Positions 6,285 to 12,293 of a stretch of 17,300 bases of DNA are shown piece after piece. Within the stretch, counting starts at the first letter, position 1. Every line of letters starts with the position of its first letter. The notes under the pieces were generated by a model. It did no database searches and was not told the DNA's origin. It saw only the letters and a list, made by a program, of their open reading frames with translations. The position numbers were made by a program, and so were the translations under genes. The DNA lies in the NCBI GenBank assembly GCA_044344255.1, contig JBIJDH010000052.1:1-17300 (forward strand), read 5' to 3'. Source of the DNA: Myxococcota bacterium (GTDB taxonomy: Bacteria > Myxococcota_A > UBA796 > UBA2385).

Positions 6285-9165
6285 GGGAACCCCCCTTCGG
6301 GGCCAGCCTGTCGAGCACCATGGCAGAGGGGGGGCCGTAGGGGCGGATCTTCACGTTGGTGCCCTCGGATGCGTCGTGGACGACGGCCCGCGCCATGCCG
6401 CAGTGGGTGGCAACCATGTCGTCGGTAAGTCGTTGTGACTCGTCGGCGGTGGTCTGGAAGACGAGGCGGTGCTGGAAGCTCTCAAGCGCGCGGGATCCGA
6501 GGCTCCGCTCAAGGGAACGCACCGTGTCGGTCCAGACGATGATGTGCACACCGCGCTCGGAGCCACCGTGGAGGAGGCTCTGGAGTGCGGTAGCCGCCGC
6601 CGCCGCGGGCGGCGCGTCGAAGGAGAGGGAGTCGGACACGCTGAGGTCAGAGACGCGCGCTGGGGCGACAATCACGAGGAACTCCCAGCGCAGGGGCGGA
6701 CCGTGGTCGAGAACCGGGGCCGCCGACCAGGCCGCGTGCACCCGCTGTACGCTCGCCCCCACGTCCCTACGCCGCCCGACGAAGGTCGTATGAGGCAGGC
6801 GCCGCACCGCGCCCTCCAGCGCGCCCGCCCCGACCTCGTCGCCAGCGAGCAGAAGGAGATGGAACCGCGCCCGCTCCACCGGAATCGCGGCAGCCATGAG
6901 CAGGAGGCCGGCAGCCAGAGCGTCGAGGGCGCGGCCGGCCCCGCCCGCCAGCAGCAGGTTCGCGCCGGGCGCCAAGGCGAGGGTGACGGCAACCGGACCG
7001 GCAAGGCTCAGCGGCTCGCCGAGGGGCAGCTCCGGGGCGAGCGGCGCCGGGGCCCGGCGGCCCGAGCTGATGAGGGGGTGGAGATCGGGGCACCCGAGGC
7101 CAGAGCCGTCGAACACCACCGGGCGCTCGCGGTCGGCGAATTTCTCCGCCACCTCTCGGAGGATCGCGTCGCGCTCAGCGTCCTCGGCGATCGCCACTTG
7201 GAACTGGGTGTTACCCTCCACCCGACCCTCGGCGTCGTTGTAGATGGCCTCGCCCGGCCGGGACAGCAGCCGCGCTGCGCCATTATCTTCGCCGAGGATC
7301 AGCCGTGAATCGGCCTCGTTGCAAATCAACGCGATGCGCACCGCCATCTGGGCGGCGGTTGTGGTCGGGAGACCGCGGCCGTGCGCGCTCGAGAGGGACT
7401 GGCTCGCGAGGAGAATGTGGATGCCCGGAGCGCGCCCAAGCCGGACGATCTGGTCGAGGATCTGGGCGGCACGGGTCGAGATCGCTCCTTCCTGGCCGAG
7501 AAGCACCTGGAACTCGTCCATCACGAGCAGGATGCGCGGGAGGGGTTCGCTCGGCTTGAGGCGCCTGTAGGCCGCGAGGTTCTGCACCCGGTTCCGGGTG
7601 AAGAGGTCGAGGCGGCGCGCCATCTGGGCGGCGAGATCCTCCAACACCGCGAGGGCGAACTCGGGATCGGACTCAACGGCCACCACCCGCGCGTGGGGGA
7701 GTGCCGCGTCGGCATAGGGCTTGAACTCGACCTGCTTTAGATCGATCAGGTAGAGCTGGATCTCCTCGGGCGGGTAGGCGATGATCGCCCCCTGCACCAG
7801 GGTGTGGAGCAGGGTCGACTTCCCTGAGCCGATCTTGCCGGCCACAAGCACATGGTGGCAGACGCCGCTCCCGACGCGGAAACGCGCGATCTTCTTGGCC
7901 CCGGCCGGTCCGAGCGGCACATCGATGCCGTCGATCGTCTGCGCGGACCACCACTCGTCGCGCGCGCGGGTGATCGCCCGAAAGGGCACCCGCATCTGGC
8001 TCGCACCCACCGCGGCCGGACCGATGCTCTCCACGATGCGGCGGCGGAGCGCGGGCGGCGGCGAGGCCTCAGGCTCCAGGGTCCAGCCGGCGTAGGCCGG
8101 GTGGTCAAGCGCGGGCGCCGTGTCGTCCACGAGGTGGGTCACGCCCTCGAGGAGGCTCCGGGGGGAAATGCCGTGAGGGGTTTTGATCCCCATGTTTCGC
8201 AGGATGACCGTGAGAACCCCGCAGCGCACACCGCTCTGCATGATGCTCCGGAGCCGCTCGACGGCGTCGGCAGTGAATGCGGCCGGGAAGTCGAACACGA
8301 CGAGCACCTTGTAGGGCGCTGGCATGCTCTCGTTCGCCGCGTTGTAGGCCTCGAGATCTGCGTAGTCCGTGCGGAGCCGCTTCTGGATGATGATCTCGAT
8401 GTGGGCCGTGAGGTCAACTAGGCGCTCCTGGATGTGGGCTGACTCCGTCCAGACCTGCCCGCCGATGAGTTCGCGATCGTGGTCGGCAAGGTAGGTGAAG
8501 GCAGCCGCGCTCTCGCCACGCCCAAGTGGGTCGATGAACACGAACTGGAGGCGGCCAGGCGGAAGGGAGGCCAGGAGGCGGAGAAGAAGGCGGTCGATGA
8601 GCTCCTGGCAGGCCGGACGCCGGGCCGGGCTGGGCGACAGGACGAGCGGGATGCCACCGGCAATCGGAACCAGCGCCGGAATCGCGAGGTGGCTCCTGCC
8701 GGGTTCGGTACCGCGCGGCGTGAAGCCAGACGGGAGGGGGCGTCTGAGCGTCCCGATGGCCGCATGATATGGGGGGGCGAGAGCGGTCGTGGGGGACCAA
8801 GCGTCCCATGCCGGGTCATGCCAGGGGCATCCGAGCGTGCCCAGGCGGGCGCGGGTTTCGGCGCCGGCTTTGGCAAGGCGGCCGAACTCGATGGCCGCGG
8901 CGCTCTTGGCGTCCCGGAGCGTGCGGGCAATGCGGTCGTGCTCGGCGCGGCCGGACTCGGCGGAAATAGCCTTGGCGGCTTGACTCGTCGCGCTGGCCGC
9001 CGCCTCCGACTCCGCTCGGTCCCGGCCTGCGGCGCCCAGGGCTGCGAGGTGGCGCACCTGCTCCTCTTGCTCGGCACGCGTGAGGACAGCCGGGAGATCA
9101 CGCCTTCCGCGCGAGAAGCTATCGGCGGTCTGCTGCATGGCACGGATGAGGCCGTCACGGTCCAT
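6277..9165 (-). CDS. FtsK/SpoIIIE-domain ATPase, EccC/EssC-like (962 aa; three RecA-like domains, no TM segment)
   Basis: Central domain HVLVAGKIGSGKS / LYLIDLKQVEF / PRILLVMDEFQ / GRAPGIHILLASQ. Degenerate flanking domains: FVFIDP..LVVFDFP..GVRCGV and NLLLAG..GSERGVHIIVW. Encoded beside WXG100 genes. Confidence 0.92.
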   Translation of the reverse strand: MDRDGLIRAMQQTADSFSRGRRDLPAVLTRAEQEEQVRHLAALGAAGRDRAESEAAASATSQAAKAISAESGRAEHDRIARTLRDAKSAAAIEFGRLAKAGAETRARLGTLGCPWHDPAWDAWSPTTALAPPYHAAIGTLRRPLPSGFTPRGTEPGRSHLAIPALVPIAGGIPLVLSPSPARRPACQELIDRLLLRLLASLPPGRLQFVFIDPLGRGESAAAFTYLADHDRELIGGQVWTESAHIQERLVDLTAHIEIIIQKRLRTDYADLEAYNAANESMPAPYKVLVVFDFPAAFTADAVERLRSIMQSGVRCGVLTVILRNMGIKTPHGISPRSLLEGVTHLVDDTAPALDHPAYAGWTLEPEASPPPALRRRIVESIGPAAVGASQMRVPFRAITRARDEWWSAQTIDGIDVPLGPAGAKKIARFRVGSGVCHHVLVAGKIGSGKSTLLHTLVQGAIIAYPPEEIQLYLIDLKQVEFKPYADAALPHARVVAVESDPEFALAVLEDLAAQMARRLDLFTRNRVQNLAAYRRLKPSEPLPRILLVMDEFQVLLGQEGAISTRAAQILDQIVRLGRAPGIHILLASQSLSSAHGRGLPTTTAAQMAVRIALICNEADSRLILGEDNGAARLLSRPGEAIYNDAEGRVEGNTQFQVAIAEDAERDAILREVAEKFADRERPVVFDGSGLGCPDLHPLISSGRRAPAPLAPELPLGEPLSLAGPVAVTLALAPGANLLLAGGAGRALDALAAGLLLMAAAIPVERARFHLLLLAGDEVGAGALEGAVRRLPHTTFVGRRRDVGASVQRVHAAWSAAPVLDHGPPLRWEFLVIVAPARVSDLSVSDSLSFDAPPAAAAATALQSLLHGGSERGVHIIVWTDTVRSLERSLGSRALESFQHRLVFQTTADESQRLTDDMVATHCGMARAVVHDASEGTNVKIRPYGPPSAMVLDRLAPKGGSRA

Positions 9166-9373
9166 CGTCGTCCTCTGTGTCGGTCAGGGCCTCGTCCAAG
9201 TCGGCCAAGGCGGCCAGCGCGGCGCGGCAAGCGGCATCCAGGGGATCGAGGCACGCCCGGCCGAACATGGCCCGTCGGGCGTCGGCCCAGGTGGCCTCTG
9301 TGGACCCGTAGGCCCGGTGAAGGCGCGAGCGCTCCTCATCGAGCGCGTCGACGAGTTCGCCGAAGGTGCTCAT
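9155..9373 (-). CDS. Small WXG100-like helical protein (72 aa, central WAD)
   Basis: Helix-W-A-D-helix pattern (TEATWADARRAMFGRACLDPL). ATGA-coupled to the upstream gene and overlapping the FtsK start by 11 nt. Confidence 0.7.
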   Translation of the reverse strand: MSTFGELVDALDEERSRLHRAYGSTEATWADARRAMFGRACLDPLDAACRAALAALADLDEALTDTEDDDGP

Positions 9374-10377
9374 CGGGTGGGGCCCTCAGGGAAGCCTCGT
9401 GCCGCGACCCGCCCCCAGTCCTCACCGCGCATCACCACTTCCACAGGCAGGGTCGCGAGCCCCTGGCGTTGGGCGACGAAGATCCGGTGAGCGCCGCCAC
9501 TCACGGACCAAGCCTGCCCGTCCCACTCTACCCGGACGAGCTCGCCCCGGCTGCCATAGAAGGCGTCAAAGACGCGGCGATAGCCGGACTCGTAGTCGAG
9601 GCCCTGGGCGGCGTCCATGGCGGTGAAATCCTCGGCGGTGGCGCCCTTCTGGACGAGGGGGCGCACCACCGCGTCGAGCTTCGCGATCCCGTCCACCATC
9701 TGGGCGTAGGAAACCTTGCGGAAGTCGGCATGGGACTGCACGTGGGACCCGCCCATGTCGAGGGCGGAGAGCGGGAATTCCACGCACCCCACTGTCGTGA
9801 AGCCGGATGAAGAGGCAGCCTGGGTGATGGCGGCGGTCACGCTCGGAAGCTGAACGGGGCCGGGAGGGGATGTGCTCGGTGCCGGAGCGCCGATGGCGCT
9901 GTCCGGAGGACGCTCAGCCTCGTAGGCTCGTACCGCGCGAATGAAGCCGTCGAGCCAGCCGATGCCAGCCGCGGCGCGATCGACGATCGCCGCGTCCAGG
10001 CGGGCGAGCTTCGCGCGGGCACGGTCCGCCAGGCGGGCCACATCGGCCTGGGACTCCCGGAGCGCCTCGAGGGCCTCCCTGGCGGCGTCCAGCTCGCCGC
10101 GGGCCTCGGCGTAGCGGCGGTCGTCGTAGCCGTCATCGTCGTCATCGTGGTCATCGTCCCGCTCGTCAGCGCAGGCCTCGGCAAGCTCGCGCTCTGCCTC
10201 GTCGAGCCGGCGCTCAGCGGCCTGGATTCGCGCGGCGAGGCGCTCCTCCGCGCGAGCAGCCCGGCTCCGGGCCTCGATCAGAATCCCGCGGGCTTCCTCT
10301 GCGAAGCGGCAGAGGGCACGCCGAAGATCGACGACCGGCCCCGTGCTCCACAGCTCGACTCGGTCACCGGACGTCAC
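9370..10377 (-). CDS. Putative effector (335 aa): N-terminal helical hairpin/coiled coil, Pro/Ser linker, C-terminal ParB/Sulfiredoxin-like domain
   Basis: GTG at 10377 preceded by AAGGAGG. N-terminus DLRRALCRFAEEA...LDGFIRAVRAY is helical; linker PPDSAIGAPAPSTSPPGP; C-terminus LVRVEWDGQAWSVSGGAHRIFVAQRQGLATLPVEV fits the ParB/Srx G-x-H-R motif. Confidence 0.75.
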   Translation of the reverse strand: MTSGDRVELWSTGPVVDLRRALCRFAEEARGILIEARSRAARAEERLAARIQAAERRLDEAERELAEACADERDDDHDDDDDGYDDRRYAEARGELDAAREALEALRESQADVARLADRARAKLARLDAAIVDRAAAGIGWLDGFIRAVRAYEAERPPDSAIGAPAPSTSPPGPVQLPSVTAAITQAASSSGFTTVGCVEFPLSALDMGGSHVQSHADFRKVSYAQMVDGIAKLDAVVRPLVQKGATAEDFTAMDAAQGLDYESGYRRVFDAFYGSRGELVRVEWDGQAWSVSGGAHRIFVAQRQGLATLPVEVVMRGEDWGRVAARGFPEGPTR

Positions 10378-10636
10378 GCGCCTCCTTTGCCTTCTGGGCC
10401 TTGCGGATGAGGTACGGGTAGTGCTGGGCGCTGGCGCGCTGGAACTTCTCGATCTCCTGCATCGTGACTCGGAACTGCTCCGCAAAGGCGCGGTGCGACT
10501 CGTCCTGCCAATGCTCGCTCAAGCGCCCGAGCTGTCCCTTGAGGGTCGCGAAACGCTCGCCTAACTGGTCGTTGAACATCTTGAGACCTCTGGCGAACGC
10601 CTCGATCTCCTCAGGGGTCAGATTGATGCTCGCCAT
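10364..10636 (-). CDS. WXG100/EsxA-like protein (90 aa, WQD variant)
   Basis: MASINLTPEEIEAFARGLKMFNDQL...LGRLSEHWQDESHRAFAEQF...YLIRKAQ: ~90 aa, two helices around a central W-x-D. Has its own RBS (GAGGAAAGCG-ATG). Confidence 0.88.
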   Translation of the reverse strand: MASINLTPEEIEAFARGLKMFNDQLGERFATLKGQLGRLSEHWQDESHRAFAEQFRVTMQEIEKFQRASAQHYPYLIRKAQKAKEARDVR

Positions 10637-11272
10637 CGCTTTCCTCGGGTTGCTGGAAGCCTTAGTAACGCACGGAGCAACGCTGCGCGCCCCGCTTCCC
10701 GGCTTGCGTGCCACCTTGTGCCATGGCGAGGAGAACCGCAGGCCACCTGCGAACAAATGCCGGGTGCTCAGGTAGCAGCTGTAGTGATATGTCGGCGTCA
10801 CGCCGAAGGTCGCGCGGTAGGCCGTGATGTGGCGATCTCGCTGTTCCCCGTAACGCCCGGAAACTTCGGCCAGGGCCTCCCCGTTCGCACGGGCCTTGAG
10901 GTCCACGATGCGGTGGATCTGCAGATCGACATAGTCGTACCTCACCGTTCCGCCGTCGGGGTGTGTGAGCACGTACTCGATACCGAAGTCGCGGTCGCGC
11001 ACGCGCCCACGCGAGATCTCGCGAGCGAGGAGCCGCGCTTGCCAAGTCCTGTGCTCCGCCTGGCCGACCTGGATCGCGAACGCGACGCGGGCCTTCGGCA
11101 ACCGCTCCCATGTCCGACGCGCCTCCCTTTGTTGGTGTTCCAGGACTCGTTCTTCGCGCCTCCGTTGTGCACTCCTTTCCTCCGCTCGATGCGGCGCGTC
11201 ACGCTCGGCCTCGGGCTCCGCTCCCGGTCGCGCCGAGCCCTCGCCGTCGAATTCCTTCCAGTGCTCCGCCAT
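10364..11272 (-). CDS. Putative restriction-endonuclease-fold (PD-(D/E)xK) nuclease; frame continues without a stop into the WXG100 gene (302 aa if fused)
   Basis: GIEYVLTHPDGGTVRYDYVDLQIHRIVDLK...EQRDRHITAY gives an E..RxD..DxK..Q...Y arrangement as in REase-fold toxins. Start uncertain (ATG 11272 or 11404). Confidence 0.62.
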   Translation of the reverse strand: MAEHWKEFDGEGSARPGAEPEAERDAPHRAEERSAQRRREERVLEHQQREARRTWERLPKARVAFAIQVGQAEHRTWQARLLAREISRGRVRDRDFGIEYVLTHPDGGTVRYDYVDLQIHRIVDLKARANGEALAEVSGRYGEQRDRHITAYRATFGVTPTYHYSCYLSTRHLFAGGLRFSSPWHKVARKPGSGARSVAPCVTKASSNPRKAMASINLTPEEIEAFARGLKMFNDQLGERFATLKGQLGRLSEHWQDESHRAFAEQFRVTMQEIEKFQRASAQHYPYLIRKAQKAKEARDVR

Positions 11273-11670
11273 CTCTTGTTCCCAGGCGTCCCGCGGGGAG
11301 GACCACCATGCCTTGAGCCGCTGCTGACCGCAAACCGCAGATCGCCGAGGCGAGAGTATCCCCTCGGCAGGAGGGTAGTGGACGGACACCGTGCGGAGCC
11401 CCATGGTTGGGGCACGATGACCCGAAGCCGGCTCGCCACCCGCAGTCGCCAGGTCATCGGCAAAATGGTTGCCTTGAGGAGTTCGCCATCACGCCCCCCC
11501 TCCGCTCTGCCCACCGACTGCTTTTGGCACTGCCCCGCAGGATCAGACCGCAGCCGGGCCTGGCACCGATCCGATCGCGGGACAAGTCGGACCGGTGGAT
11601 CGGCTGGGTCGGCAGCCAACAGTCGGCCTTGAGCATTCGTAATTTCCGGGCCGCGGTTGGAGGGAGCCGC

Positions 11671-11691
11671 CCGAATTTGAAACCAATTCGG
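11671..11691. promoter_or_regulatory. AT-rich palindrome, candidate operator
   Basis: CCGAATT-TGAAACC-AATTCGG (7-7-7) in a locally AT-rich intergenic stretch upstream of the operon. Confidence 0.35.
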
Positions 11692-11924
11692 CCTCTTCTG
11701 GACCGGTGCCGGAATCCCTTGATCTGCGCCGTGACGGCCGGCTGCCCAGTGGGGCGACATCGATCCTCCGGAGTCATGCTAACAACTGCTTGAATTCCGC
11801 TAAGTGAACTGCATTGTCCCCAAGCACCATCAGCCAGCGGGTCTCCAGGCTGCTCCAGCGGTTCCGCGGCGGACTTTATCGACATCGTGACCGTCGTGCC
11901 ACCGCTGCCACTTCCGACTCGCCT

Positions 11925-12243
11925 TCCCCGCCTTCCCCGCGTAGTCCCCGCCTTCCCCGCCCGGTCCCCGCCCCACCGGGTCCCTGGCTGCTCGCCTTGT
12001 ACGTCGCTTCTCGACCTCGGTCCCCGATGTCCCCGCTTCCTGAAGGGGGTCCCCCATGATGGGAGCGCCGCGAATCATCATCTGCCGCCGATGCGATCGC
12101 GCGCTCCCGCTCCCAATAGGCGTACAGGGGTCCTGAACGGCGGGGACCGCGGGGACCGGCGGTGATCCACGGCGGATAACGCCCACACCCCGGGACCCGC
12201 TCCCCCGGGGACCGGGCGGGGATCGACGGCCCCGAAGCGGGGA
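11925..12243. repeat. Opposed TCCCCG/CGGGGA repeat arrays: candidate iteron replication origin
   Basis: TCCCCG at 11925, 11934, 11945, 11954, 11965, 12021 and 12030; inverted CGGGGA at 12141, 12150, 12206, 12217 and 12238. Lies directly downstream of the DUF927 helicase gene. Confidence 0.7.
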
Positions 12244-12293
12244 CCGCCGTCGCCGGACCCTACTTCTGCCTTCCCCATCCCGGCCTGGTGGCG

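Noticed and set aside
10677..10725. TGGCAC repeats and TTGCT on the minus strand suggesting a sigma-54 promoter before the WXG100 gene
   Set aside because: GG-to-GC spacing is 9 or 11 nt, not the required 10.
11614..11662. attC-like CCAAC...CGGCC...GGCCG...GTTGG
   Set aside because: Too short, the boxes deviate from RYYYAAC/GTTRRRY, it is single-copy, and there is no integron integrase in view.
11925..12243. CRISPR array or coding repeat interpretation of the TCCCCG repeats
   Set aside because: Units are 6 bp with 3-5 bp gaps and switch orientation; there is no repeat-spacer structure and no cas genes.
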